The notes: generated by a model not told the origin, from the sequence alone. Numbered from the stretch's first letter, positions 40,042-52,797 are shown. The stretch is 64,000 bases of DNA from Basidiobolus meristosporus CBS 931.73 (GCA_002104905.1 MCFE01000162.1:84956-148955), one strand, 5' to 3'. Numbers and translations are program-made.

Positions 40042-41490
40042 CTAGTGCAAGGGAATGCTTCGGGCAAATTGGAAAACATTTTTGGGATCGTATTTGTTCT
40101 TGATATGAACTAGTCTATCGAAGTTATCCCCATAGTAGATCTTCTTCCAGTCCTTTTCGTCGTTGTCAACGTAGTTTTGGTAGCCTTGGGGGAAGTCTGG
40201 ATGAAGCGTATTATAAATTTCATGAAGCCAAGGAAGACGTGTAGCGTTGAAGACTCCGATTTGGATGCTAGAAATGGTATTGCGGTGGACAAAGGAGGTG
40301 GCATGGGTCGAGTGTCTGCCAACTTGCCCTCCTTGCATATCAAACATGATGAAGGCCTGATTGTCAACCGATTTCATAATGTCATAGACTTTGTCGGCCA
40401 CTTCTTTGGTCACCGGCTTCACCAAATAACCTGATTTAGCCTTGAAATAGCTCTTGACTGATCTCCGTTGGGTTTTGGCCAAATCATCAACCGCCATATG
40501 GGGTCCGTTGGTAGCAAAATATAGGAACGATTCGGGCAAAGTCATCTTTTGGTTAGTAATCAGCGAGGTCTTGGGGAGTTTCTCGATAATTTCTTGGAAC
40601 AATTGTTTTTGCTTCGTTGGATTGCCTGTTAAGATGGTTCCCGATACTCGAATTGCTCCGCCAGGTAAGATATGGAAAATTCCAGTAACTTCCCTGGGTG
40701 GGTTACTAGCAAACCATTCTTGAACCCCAATAAGCACGTCACTGAAGTTCCCTGCGCTAGTAGGATACGTGAGTGAGAAGACTGGGAACTTGTTAGGTGC
40801 GTGGAAATAACGGAATTGGAACTTTGTCACAATGCCGTACGAGCTATGGCCTGCACCCAATAGAGCCCAGAACAAGTCTTTGTTCTTCTTTTTACTAGCA
40901 ACAACAACATCCCCAGTAGCGGTAACCACCTCCATGGACTCTACTCTATCCAGCATTAGTCCATGAAGACGACTGTACAAACCATAGCCACCACCTAGGG
41001 TATGCCCACCAACTCCGATCTCTGGCTCGCTACCATGTGGGAGACCCACATTACGCTCTTTCCACAAGAAGTGCAAGAGCCTGCCTACCAATTGGCCAGC
41101 CTCAACCGAAACAGTACGATTGTTATCATCGAATTTGGTTTCGTGCATGTTGACCAAATCAACGACCATCTTGCCATCTTCACCTCCAAGTCCATAGCCC
41201 TCATAATCATGACCGCCGCTGCGAGCGACCACCTTCAGATTGGTTTTGCTGGCACATCTCACTGCAAGCGCTACATCGTGAGTGCTTGTAGGGCGTACGA
41301 TAACGGCTGGAGAAACCTCGGAGAGTCTGTCATTCCAGTTGAATCTTGCCTGGTCGTATCCGGTGTGTCCAGGAAGGAATACCTTATGGTGAATCTTATG
41401 CAAGCATCGGGCAATATCAGCGGAAAGTAGCGATGTGGCCAGACTGCCGGAAGCGGAGAGAAAAAGGAGCAAAGCGCTAGCTGCTTTCAT
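40042..41490 (-). CDS. Secreted FAD-dependent oxidase, berberine-bridge-enzyme-like (AA7), intronless
   Basis: Signal peptide MKAASALLLF; RSGGH flavinylation motif; GVGGHTLGGGYG; C-terminal YQNYVD…YYGDNFDRLVHIKNKYDPKNVF. Confidence 0.93.
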   Translation of the reverse strand: MKAASALLLFLSASGSLATSLLSADIARCLHKIHHKVFLPGHTGYDQARFNWNDRLSEVSPAVIVRPTSTHDVALAVRCASKTNLKVVARSGGHDYEGYGLGGEDGKMVVDLVNMHETKFDDNNRTVSVEAGQLVGRLLHFLWKERNVGLPHGSEPEIGVGGHTLGGGYGLYSRLHGLMLDRVESMEVVTATGDVVVASKKKNKDLFWALLGAGHSSYGIVTKFQFRYFHAPNKFPVFSLTYPTSAGNFSDVLIGVQEWFASNPPREVTGIFHILPGGAIRVSGTILTGNPTKQKQLFQEIIEKLPKTSLITNQKMTLPESFLYFATNGPHMAVDDLAKTQRRSVKSYFKAKSGYLVKPVTKEVADKVYDIMKSVDNQAFIMFDMQGGQVGRHSTHATSFVHRNTISSIQIGVFNATRLPWLHEIYNTLHPDFPQGYQNYVDNDEKDWKKIYYGDNFDRLVHIKNKYDPKNVFQFARSIPLH

Positions 41491-42714
41491 GTTGAATTCA
41501 GAGTCAGATCGGCTTGATGACTTGTCTTCATACCAGCCGCTCAAGCCGCCGCTTTTATATGCAACATGGACTTGGAAGGGTATTAGGAAAGCTTTACCGA
41601 TACTGTAGAGCAGTATCTTCCACCCTCCCCCAAATCAAAGAGTATTACCATAAAAGGTATACAGAAGTACATAGTTACCAGGATCGCCATCACAAATCTC
41701 CGACTACCAAACATCTACAAGAGATCGCGCCAAATGGGGTGGTTGGCGTATGCCAAAATTTACCACTCTTTCCACACCATATCGCTCCGACAGTGACCAT
41801 TCTCATACCTATAAAGTACTGTTGACCAGGCTGGGAGAAGCCGATTTCTATTTGTCGTGGGTAGAAAAAGATGTCATCTAGAACTGGGCAACTTCCGAAT
41901 TAGCTCCTATACAGAAGAGAACAGGTTCATATATTGGGCTCTAGCATGGACCATTCTATTATTGCTAAGGAAGTTACGGGTCGCTTGGTTGAAACTTCCG
42001 GTTGAATCGGGTGCAGTAAAACTTTGAAACTTTTCGCATTGCTCAAAGAGTGCTAAAGGTTGCGTGGTTATCTGTTGTTGTCCCGACCAACATAAACTGC
42101 TTTTTACTGCTGACCTTGATATTTATCATGTCAGATCGAGTTACCCTGCAGGAACATAACATAACAAATATTTGTTATCCGTGAGTACCTTTTACAAATC
42201 TTAATGTGGGAGAGCATGCAATGACTCTCAGGCGGCTATTTTTGGGGTTATGGACTGAGATTATTTGGCAGTGAATAGCACAAAACCAAACCCGGCAAAA
42301 TGAAGCATGGTCGCTTTTACCATTTTTATCAGCGCAGTAAGATCAGGCGTATACCAAATTTATTACACGCACTCAAGTAGCATACCTTGAAAATATGGCT
42401 ACTTGTATTGCATTGGCAAAATAGGCAGTTGAATATGGGCTCTTCTGAGACGCCTTAAATCCCGACATCTCCTTGTGATTAGTAGCCAGCGCTGACAAAT
42501 ATGGTATTATTCTGAGTTGCAGTGTCTAGTATAGCTACTGCCCGTAAAAACATTGATATCATGTATAATCCAAAGAAAAGACATGCTTTTCTGATTGTCG
42601 ACTCTGATGTAGTGACCTGGTGTGTATTTTAACAGATAATCCAAACCTTTCTTCCAAAAACAACTCAAACTTGTAAGAGTTTTGGACAAACAAGAAGTGA
42701 TGAGCACAACATTT

Positions 42715-43020
42715 AGATTATGTGGTTTTCACTTGATGGTTTATTGAATGTAGAAGTAGTATATATTCTTTTACATGGTCTTGGCAGGACAAACATGTGT
42801 AATATGTTGAGGAAGGTCCCAAGTGCATGTGCGCAAAGTTTGGGGATGTTTGGTCAACTTTGAGAAATACCATGTTGTAGGTACCTAATATTTTAGTGAA
42901 AATATTCCAAGTAAATTCCAACAAGGAGTTTAGTCAGAATTCTCAGAGATTTGTAGGTGATGATATAAATGACCAAGTAAGGTGAATATATAGGTATAAT
43001 CACAAAATTTACAACTGATA
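42715..43020 (-). repeat. Dispersed repeat family X copy
   Basis: Reverse complement aligns with 5318-5620. Confidence 0.7.
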
Positions 43021-43121
43021 TAAGAGTGTGTAGCTGAAGGGTGTTGGCAGATAAGTTAATAAGAAGAAATGTCAACTCTCATGCTCTCAAGTCATTGCTC
43101 AGTGGGAAGGGGGATAGTAAT

Positions 43122-43960
43122 CCTTATGAAAAGTATTTGTGATGATCCTGTCAAAAGGCTGTCACAGGTTTAAATCCTATGACTAAGAGGTATTGATGCC
43201 ATTGGGACACTGCAGAGAGCATTAAAAAAATGCACCTCAGATTCTACAACAAACTTGGTTAAAAATTTTCATCACAACAATACCCAAGTGGCTTTTGATT
43301 GGTTCTCTGCCAATTCTCTCACTTTCTGATCCTGAACTCTCATTCACCTCCTATGCTTGTGTACACTGATTGGCTATTGCCTCTTTTCACACTCCTACTT
43401 CCTGACTCAACCAATGCTCATAATTTCATGCATACAAATTGGTTTATATCCTTTGAATCATCAATTGTGATGCAATGCCAATTGTACTGACCTCTACAAG
43501 GCCCTATACCCAACACCAACGCTAAGCCCTACCTCACACTCAACAACCCCATTAATGTCCATCATTCAATAAGTGTTTCTGCTGTAACACCCTTTGCCCC
43601 TGACTTTGGTGAGAGCCCTGCAGCTTACAGATGTCTGCATCAAGGCCATCAAAACACCATTAAGTTTTTCTTCATATGAGGCATTTGCATGTATTGGCCA
43701 GTTGAATATGCTTCAATAAATGTAGACCACAACAAGACCGTTAGAATGCTATGCAAATCTCACCAAAGGATTGCTAAAACACTGTCAAGTTTATTAACCT
43801 ATTTAGCAGTAAAATCTGCAAAACACTGTCACAATTCCATCATAAGATTGTGAAGAGGGTCAATAGTTCCAAGCTGCTAGCATTAAGATAGCCTCATCAC
43901 AGGATTCTGACAGTTGATCCAGATTGGATCCACCCATGGGATCAAATAATTTTCATAGGG
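43122..43960. mobile_element. Non-autonomous TIR element CC(T)TATGAAAA...TTTTCATAGGG (~840 bp)
   Basis: Terminal inverted repeats; ends homologous to 38111 and 5050-5204; flanks AT/AT. Confidence 0.7.
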
Positions 43961-46299
43961 ATTAGTAGTTTATGTATATGGGAGATTGCATGTAGGTTAT
44001 TAACTAGTGCTGAGAATTAACCAAGACTTGGACACAGCTAGGGCTTTCAATATCACCTAAAAGACCCTGGCCTTGTCAACTAACTTTTTGGTACTTTCTC
44101 AAGATATCCTTAAGTTTGGTTTTATAGAGTTTTTGATAAAGTATATAAGCATTGCTTCAGCCCTACCTACTACTACTGCAATACCAATAAGTATCATATA
44201 GTTCTCTTGGTTTGCCTAATACCTTTAATATTCTCCAGAATTCTGTGAAGCAAAAGCATCCCATAATGTGTAACCTAACATAGTAGGCTGTGCTCATATG
44301 GGTTTTGTGGAAGTAGCCAAGTGTACTTAATGTAACTGCCTTGAATAAAATACCCAGTACCTTCCATAGGCAAACATGACTGATCATTAAGGCCTTTGAC
44401 TTGTTGCTAATAGGTCAGATTGGTGCTTGTAGAGGAAGTGTTAACAGAGCCTCCATGAAAAGCAAAGGTAATGTAAGAATAACACATATGAATTGATCTG
44501 GCTAATGTGCATTGCATGTGATAGACTACACAGCTTACCTAAAAAAAATTAACAAAGTTTCCCTAAACTAACAGCTTTCAGTATCTCAGGCTCTATTGTT
44601 TTTACAAAAAGGATATATATTTTCTAGGGGGTGAATAGGCTGAATAATAGGTTTGGTAACAAGCTACTTGCTACTTTTATAATTATTTATAGCTAAGCCT
44701 AACCCTACGGTAAGCATCTATATTTGATTATATAATGCCTAGCATACTTTGTGTGGTAAGTCATAATGTTCGTTGGGTGGCTTGCTTATTCCTATTGGAC
44801 GCAGGCAATCGTGACATTCACATTTACCAGGTGTGGGACAAGTATTACTGCTGGTAGCACTAACCTAGGGTTTATGATTCTGTAAACAGAATAGGAAATT
44901 TTAAAGGCGCCTCAATTATACCTTTTTCGAGTAACTGTCACACAGACCTTGATGTAGATCAAGATACGCGTTACGATACACTTGAAAGAAAAAGATGTGA
45001 TATCCAAGAGAGTGTTGTTGTAGTGATGTGTCGATTTTGAGAGTCAATGGGCCCAGGATTAAGACTATAAGTAGCATAAGCAACTAATCAATTTATTGAC
45101 TACTACGTGGCAAAAAAGCTCCACGCGCTTGGCTTTTTCTCTCATCAGTCTTGAAAGAATTGATGTTACACATCAGCTGTGGATAGCAACTTGCTGACTT
45201 TTGGCTCAATTTAGTCTTCCAAACCCGGGAATTTGTGTGCATCTATTATGCAAAGGGTTAATGAACGTAAACTCTATTGCTGTTTTTTCAAAGTGATAAA
45301 AGCAATAAGTAAATATACTTCAGGGGCTTTAGCCTTCAAAGTGCTTGGCTTGAATGCTAACGGTATTTCAAGAATATTTGGCATATACCAATGCTTCACT
45401 CTTACTTTCGGCAATACGCGCTACTTCGGAAGCTTTGAGCTGTTGGAGTCATATTGCTTGGTCTACGGTATCCTTGATAAGGCCGTGACGAATGATTTCC
45501 CCTGCACAGACGGCACTAATTGTAGCAATTCATCATCCGATGAATAGGATCCTAAAAAGAGTGCAATGCCCACTTACAGAGGCGAAATGGCAGGGCTGCA
45601 GCATTTTCGGTGGTCTTTGGCACCCAATTACTCAGGTGAGGCGCCTCACCCTTTGCCTCTCGTGCTCTCTGTCTGACCGACTCTTGTAAGCTCTTTTGCA
45701 AGTCTTCGAATGAAAGACTGCCTTCTCTGCACAACTCACTGACGTCTGCAGAGCTTATTGCGGCACAGGTTGCGTACCCCCTGAAGCGCAAGTACCGAGC
45801 GCCGCAATTCTCTAGGGGTCAACTTCATCCAAGGTGGTGGGATAGGGCACGACACTCTTGAAGTTCTCCACTTTCTGGCTGGTTTATAGCTTTCGGTGCA
45901 AGTGCATATTGACGATGTGAAAGGAGTTACTATGCATTATAGGGGATACATAAGCTCTAATTAAGTCAAATATAGCTTTTATGTACAAATGAAATAATGC
46001 GACATAATGATGGTTCATGTGCGTGTAGCGACCATCTGGAACATGGATCTGGATTAATAAACATCCTGAAAGTTCACATTCAAAGTGATTTATTTGCATT
46101 AAACAGGGGCTTTTGCCGCAAAAACAAGCAAGCGCCATATGACATAATATATTCTGTTCAGTGTGCCACCTCTAATAGGAGCATATATAGACATTGCTTA
46201 CCCTAAATGATGATAAGGTGTATTGCACCATAAAGAGAGTGTCTGAGTATCAAGGAGAATTCTCAACAAATATCATTATTTTTATCCTTGGATCACTAT

Positions 46300-46900
46300 G
46301 ATGTGAGTGCTTAGGGTAACATCCTATAATATGAGAATATCTTGGATAGCAGGATGAAAGCTAAGATTAAAAAAATACATCTAGTTAAAGAATCCTTTGG
46401 TCCAGTTGTATTTAAGCCTTCTTGGTTAAACAAAGAAACCATCATTAAGGGTTGTTGCAGTGCTGTGATCCAGAATTAATGGCTGCAACACTCTACAATA
46501 ATGAGTTGATTGGCATATTCTACAGCTTTTACTGAGGTTTTACCAGTAAGGGCACTTTGTGAAAAGGTGCAGGTCATCCAAATGACATCTAAAATCATCA
46601 ACAACCATATGATGCTATCTTTGATTCTGATTGGTTTTGAGTATAGATACATTCAGTAAAATCAGATTTAGCAATATTAACCTTTCTAATTCTGAGCATC
46701 ATTTGTCTTAATACAATTATTTATACCATTTCTTAGTTACATATATCATACATAAAGTCATAATCTTTCAAATTTTGATTAGCTTTTTTGATATATTGGT
46801 GCTATTTTCCTATAGTAGATAACACCAAGATATTAAATGCTATCCAATTCTTCAAAGTGTATTGAAATAGTACAGCTTAGTTGAATAGTATGGATCTACT
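46300..46900 (-). mobile_element. Highly degraded LINE-like remnant
   Basis: Minus frames contain EELDSI*YLGV (RT domain-7-like) and CRICQSTH/IIVECC (C-terminal Zn-finger-like); AT-rich and CpG-poor. Confidence 0.3.
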
Positions 46901-47895
46901 ATCAATACTGCTATCAAAATCTCGTTTGCTAATTTTAGCACTATTTTCGATGGACTCCTCAAGTAATGTATCTACGTTATATCTAAAATATTACAATCCG
47001 TAAGTTGTTGATTATTTATATACCAAAGTCTGTTCAAGTTGGATCGAGAGAAACATTATAAACATTAGGATCTAGTTTCCATTACGATTTTACAGTTACC
47101 ATAATTTTTCAACTTGAATCAAGAGAAGCATTGTGATTTAACTTCGAAAACTATATACCATTATGCAGATCCACTTGAGATGAGAGATCTATGCCTGCTT
47201 GGCAGCTAAACAGATAATTGTTGGTGTCAGAATGGATACATCAAATGAGAAATTCCGTGGTAAACTGGTAGGGTGACAGATAGTCAAGCTGCAATCTCAC
47301 GCATATTACCTCACCGCACCACAATCCAGCATAGAAAGCCAATGCACCCGCTGCTTTGACAAGTGGAGTGAGGGTTGAGGCCGTCCTAGCTCTCATTCCT
47401 GTACTAGGAACCAGTGAGGATACATAATCCAGCGGGATGGCCTAGACAGCAACTATCCTGATCTCATCGAAGCTTCATTACCTCACCTGTGCATTGGAGA
47501 AGATAACCCTCATGCATAGCATGAGCAACATTGTGCCATCCGCGTATGCGTGTGATTGGTTGTCTCCTACATTATAATGCATGATGAGCGAGCTATACAC
47601 AGCGATTGACAAACAGCCAACTCATTATTCTTCTCTTTACAATAAAGATATTGGGACGATTCAAAAAGTGATGTAATGTCACCGCTCAATTGCTGTGTAT
47701 CATATCGAGGCAATGCTCATGAGATCACACGTAGACTGTGGCAAAAGCGACGCTCCAGATACTACTCATTTAGCTATATATAACACTCCACAACCTGGCT
47801 TTTCTGACGCAAATCCCTCTCTTTTTGATACAGAATCAATCACAGCGTCCCCACAGACTGATCGTAACTTAGATAGGTCCAACAACCACTCAGCA

Positions 47896-48495
47896 ATGGT
47901 ATATCAAATCAGAATCGTCAAAGATGAAGAAGGAATTAACCAAATCCAAAGACTCCTTTACACGGTCTACATTGAGGAGGGCAAATGGAAGTTCAACCCT
48001 GCCAATCCAGCTGGGATAAGGATTGTGGACCATAGGCTAATTGACAACCGGGATGGTATCGCGACATACTTTGGTGCATTCAGCAACAGGAAACTAATAG
48101 GCTGTTGCCGAATCTGTCCAAGATACGAAGGTTTATTTGAGATACAGAATTACAACAGCAAAACTTTGAACCTACTGAATGCAAAGAACTTGGTGGAGGG
48201 TTCAAGGAGTGCGGTACTACCTGAGTATAGACAGCATGGAGTATTTCATACTATGTTTCATGAAGTTCTCCAATACTGTTATCAACGAAATCTTTTGCTG
48301 TTTGTTTCTACTAGTTCAAATGAACTTCGACGTCTTTTTCGAATTATTGACTTTCCAATAGTTGAGGATTTCACATTCAAATATGAATCCCACGACCCAA
48401 AAGAGTGCCAACTCTTTGTGACTAAATCCCGATCAGACTTACTGCATAGTATTTCAAAACTTTGCCCAACAGTTCCACTACGTAATCATCTCTAA
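47896..48495 (+). CDS. GNAT-fold N-acyltransferase resembling FeeM N-acyl-amino-acid synthase / acyl-homoserine-lactone synthase family; intronless (ORF open from 47695)
   Basis: IQRLLYTVY, ATYFGAFSNRKLIGCCRI, LVEGSRSAVLPEYRQHGVF match the pattern (rlRy.vy; a.hf…g.liG..Rl; E.sR.av.p.yR) from recollection. Confidence 0.65.
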   Translation: MVYQIRIVKDEEGINQIQRLLYTVYIEEGKWKFNPANPAGIRIVDHRLIDNRDGIATYFGAFSNRKLIGCCRICPRYEGLFEIQNYNSKTLNLLNAKNLVEGSRSAVLPEYRQHGVFHTMFHEVLQYCYQRNLLLFVSTSSNELRRLFRIIDFPIVEDFTFKYESHDPKECQLFVTKSRSDLLHSISKLCPTVPLRNHL

Positions 48496-49060
48496 GCTTG
48501 AAAAATAAACCTAACGGATGTTTCACCCTATTTTATTATATTCTATCCTTGATTAATGCTTAATTGGACCCTATTTTATATTATTCTAATTGTTGAACAG
48601 TATACGGTTATACAATTTATTTATTATCCTAGCTTTTGGTCCATATATGTATTTAATGAGTTCCTGATATTATCCTGCTTCCACTATTTAGCATTCATAC
48701 ATTTGACTCTTTATCAATTAAAATATCATAAAGTAAATCAGCCAGCACCAGAACAACTATCAAATATAAAGCCATCCTGTAGGCCTATATACTGTGGCTA
48801 AATTTTAAGTACATTAGACTTGTTATGTTTTATTGCACTAGATCATTTCTATCATGCTACACTCTGGAAAGTTCTTAAGCATTTCAGATCACTCAACATT
48901 GTACTGTCACTGGTTCTATTTTGAACTGTACAGTTATCTTTGATCAAATCATAGTCTGTTACTTTTTGTTCTGCTTCTATATTTCTCAATACCTTACCAT
49001 ATCTAATTCTCACATTAGAAATGTCTGGAAGTAAAAATACACTTTGGTTATTGATATATG

Positions 49061-49757
49061 TGTTGTGCATCAACATACAAAACTCAGCCAATTATACTCC
49101 ACTTGAAAACTAGTACCCTAGCTGATTTTCCCTAACCCAAACATAACTAGTCCCAGTTATGGTTTATTTTACCCCATCTCAGAATCTGTTTGTAGCTGTC
49201 ACACCTGATCAATTTTCATGCGGTCATTACATCTTCAACTGATCTGCCAAGCCTTTCCAAGTGAATAGTCATTTGAGATCTATCCAAACACTTAGCAGTT
49301 GCCAAGTCATCAGCTGACTGATGATGCAATTTTTATTTATCTTATGTACCTATCAACACCCAAAATGATTTCAATTAATGCAGTCTCTTGGCACTTATTA
49401 CTTCAACTTGATCAGAAAAAGTATAAATAAAGCTTACTGAGTTTTTTGGCTTGATGTGTGTGTCAACAAAATTAAGATTGTGTCTCAGCAAAAATAAGAA
49501 TTCAACAATCCTGTTCTAGTTTCAACCAAAGCCTAGCATATCTAGCACTCCAAAGAACACCAAGCTTAGCCTGCCTAGCAAACCCACTTCATTGCCTTTA
49601 TAGCCAACCCAGCTATATCCAAGACCAAAACCAGACCAGAATCTTTCTTCTAATATTTCCACTACTTTCTGACAATTCTAAGATTCTGCATTTAATTGTC
49701 CCCTTGGTTCAGTTAAACCATTCAAGAGTTTTATTACACTTTTTTCAGGATTCAACA
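49061..49757 (+). mobile_element. LTR (697 bp), probably the 5' LTR of a truncated element
   Basis: TGTTGTGCATC…GGATTCAACA; no TSD (ATATG / TTTTT); followed by gag-like sequence. Confidence 0.88.
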
Positions 49758-49789
49758 TTTTTTTGTTGAATTACATTACATTCAACCAC

Positions 49790-51400
49790 TTAGAAAATGT
49801 GCTCAGCAGCAAGCATCCCATACCTTTACATGTTGGCAGAAGCCCAAAGAAATCAAGAAGAGCTTACTGAGCAGCTTGAATACATTATGCTTGAAAGAAA
49901 TAACTTGATGCTTGAGCACTTTGAACTCATTTCTGTTACCTAGATGAATTTGGAATAATCAAAGAAGCTCTGGAGAATGTAGTCATAGTAATTGACAGCA
50001 TTGAGAATCCCCCAGCATTGCTCTGCAGCAGCCACAAAGAGGTCATGCCATTGGATCCTCCAGATCCACATCCCCCCTAAACCTGCTCAGGTGGTTGTCC
50101 CAAGATCCTTGCCTCTTTGTGCTGAAGGTGCCAATGCTATGAAGAATCCTACTGGGTTTCTTTACTAGTTCAGTCACATATCAGCTGCAAACCAGCTAGA
50201 CCATGACACCAACTGCGCTAGACTTCTGCTTCTCTGCCTCACAATGAAAGATGCTGACTGGGTTGAAGTGAATATTGCTTCCAATGGTATATGGAAAATT
50301 GGCCAAAACCTCTTTTGCAGCCATTTTGAAGATCCTCTGAAGAAAGCATATCTGAACTACAACTTATGGAAAACTAAGTTGTAAAAGGGTGAATTGGTGC
50401 AACACTTCTGAGATAGATCCCAAAGACAAATGAGATTAGCTTGAGTTAGTGATGATAATCTGTCACTTACTACTCATATTCTTTCAAACTTCTCACTGAA
50501 GCTACAGAGCAATATTGCTATTGTCAAAGCATGTGACCCTGCATGTACTTATGACAAGATCTCAGAGATATCTACACTTGCAATCACCTTCACTGCAGCT
50601 GTCAGCCAGACTTCATGCATCTCAACTCAAGATCCCACAACAACTGGAAAGAGGCCAGTCATGTGACCAAGAAGCAGTCAGCCACTTCCAAGCACTGTGA
50701 GCTTCACAGAAGATGCTATCATTCTACCAGTGAATGCAAAGGCATCTCCAAGCAATCAAACAAGTCAGGAAATACCACAGAGAAGCAGCAAAACACCAAA
50801 ACTGATAATCCATATGCTGATGATAAATGCTTCACATGTGGAAAGGTGGGACATAGATTACCTGCCTGTCCTGAGCAGAACTCTACACCAACAGCAAAAA
50901 TTACTCAGATTCTAGATGATCATTCAGCCAATAGTATGACAGGGTATGAGGAAGCATATGAAGAACTTACGGCTCAAGATTATCACACAATGTTTGAATA
51001 TCTGGCCAAAATTGCAACTATTCAAGAAAAGTAGCAACCAATCACACAGCTAAAAGTCATAGAGGTGCCACTCACCCTCAATGGCTCAATCATATGTTGT
51101 AATACTGGATATTGTATCATCCAACTGTATTTTATCACCCAATATAGTCAAAGAACTCAGTTTGGGGTTGAAAAAACAACCAGGAAAAGTCATACTTGCA
51201 GCTAAGGACTTCTTAGCCCCAAGAATTAGCACTACCAACCCAATCATCATACATTGTGGCTGAGTAAACATAATCCATCAAATGGAAGTTATTTAGATAC
51301 TAGATGGGCCTCAGGTAGTCATTGGTCTAGACACCTTCACCAAGCTTGGGTCTCATGTAGGTGGACTACAAGTTTCCTATCCAGGAATCACTAAATCTCA
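49790..51400 (+). mobile_element. Degenerate gag (CCHC knuckle) and aspartic protease remnant of an LTR retrotransposon
   Basis: KCFTCGKVGHRLPACPE (Cx2Cx4Hx4C) in 50615-51034; YVVILDIVSSNCILS resembles a decayed protease active site. Confidence 0.65.
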
Positions 51401-51606
51401 GCCACCCATAATGGATCAGATTCCAGAAATTGTCTCACCCCAACCAGAAGCAGAAGAGTCAACCCCAACTTTTCAAGCTTATTCTCAAATTTATCAAATA
51501 ATCAACTTATAGTTTTAGTTTTCCAAGTGTAGTACAACATTAGGATGAAGTTGATAGTTCCTGGATGTTTGGGCATGTACTTGCATGATACAGGTGAGTT
51601 CAAGGT

Positions 51607-52302
51607 TGTTGTGCATCAACATTTAAAACTTTGCCAATTTGACTTTGTTTGAAAATTTAGTACCCTGACTGTTTTTCCCTAACCAAAACCTAACAAATTC
51701 CAGTTCTAGTTTATTTTATCCCACCTCAGAATCTATTTTTAGCTATCATACCTAATTTATTTTCGTATGGCCATAATGTTATCAAGTTCTGCTAAGCCTT
51801 CCCAGGTGATTAGTCATCTGAGATCTATCCAACCACTTTGCAGTTGCCAATATATCAACTGATTGCTGATGCAATTTTCATTTATTTTATGCACCTATGA
51901 ACATCAAAATTGATTTCAATCAATCCAGTCCATGAGCACTTACTAATTCAACTTGATCAGAGAAGTATAAATACAGTTTACCAAACCTTTTTGCTTAGTG
52001 TGTGTCTCAACAAAATTAAGATTCTGTCTCAGCAAAAACAAGAATCCAAGAATTCTGTTCTAGTTTCCATCCAAGCCTAGCATATCTAGCACTCTAAAGA
52101 ACACCAATCCTGGCCTGCCTAGCAAATGGATTTCATTGTCTTTATAGCCAACCCAGCTATATCCAACACCAATACCAGACCAGAATCTTTCTGCTAATAT
52201 TTCTGCTGCTCTCTGACAATTCTAACATTCTGCACTTAATTGTCCCTTTAGTTCAGTTAGACCATTCAAGAGTTTTATTACACTTTTCTCTTGGATACAA
52301 CA
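51607..52302 (+). mobile_element. Solo LTR (696 bp) with 5-bp TSD AAGGT
   Basis: TG...CA; AAGGT at 51602-51606 and 52303-52307. Confidence 0.92.
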
Positions 52303-52797
52303 AAGGTGATTTGAGCAACTTTGAAAATTTTGACTTTTCACACTGATCTGAGGTAATATGGTACCTGGGGTATAGAAAGTAGCTGTTACACAAATTACCA
52401 AGTCAATATAGACCATTTGAACTGATACAAATGATTAGATACATAATAAAGAATTATTCCAACAATATTGAGGTTTGTTTATTGTCAATCAATAAGTGTG
52501 GAATGATTATATATGAAAAGCGCATTGATATGAGGCACAGATATGTGGATAGCTAGGCATTCTAGATATATCTATCTAATTATTCAGTGCTCAAGTTGTT
52601 ACTAAAACAGGAATAGCAATGTGTAGAGCTTTTGTGAATAGAGTAAACAAAGCTATAGCCCCCAATGATAGTATTTGAAGTTGGTATATACACTCCAAAA
52701 TTCACCTACCAATACAATGACTATGTACGTTATATTTGCTTATATTATTCGCATAGAAGGTTGCCATGGATTACATATTATACACATGAACTGCCTC

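Noticed and set aside
46500-46560. Walker A-like ALTGKT suggesting a viral SF3 helicase
   Set aside because: No proper GxxxxGKT context; neighbouring frames fit a decayed LINE better.
49061-52302. An intact non-autonomous LTR element (TRIM/LARD) bounded by two LTRs
   Set aside because: The outer flanks do not match (ATATG vs AAGGT), while the second LTR has its own AAGGT TSD, so it is an independent solo LTR.
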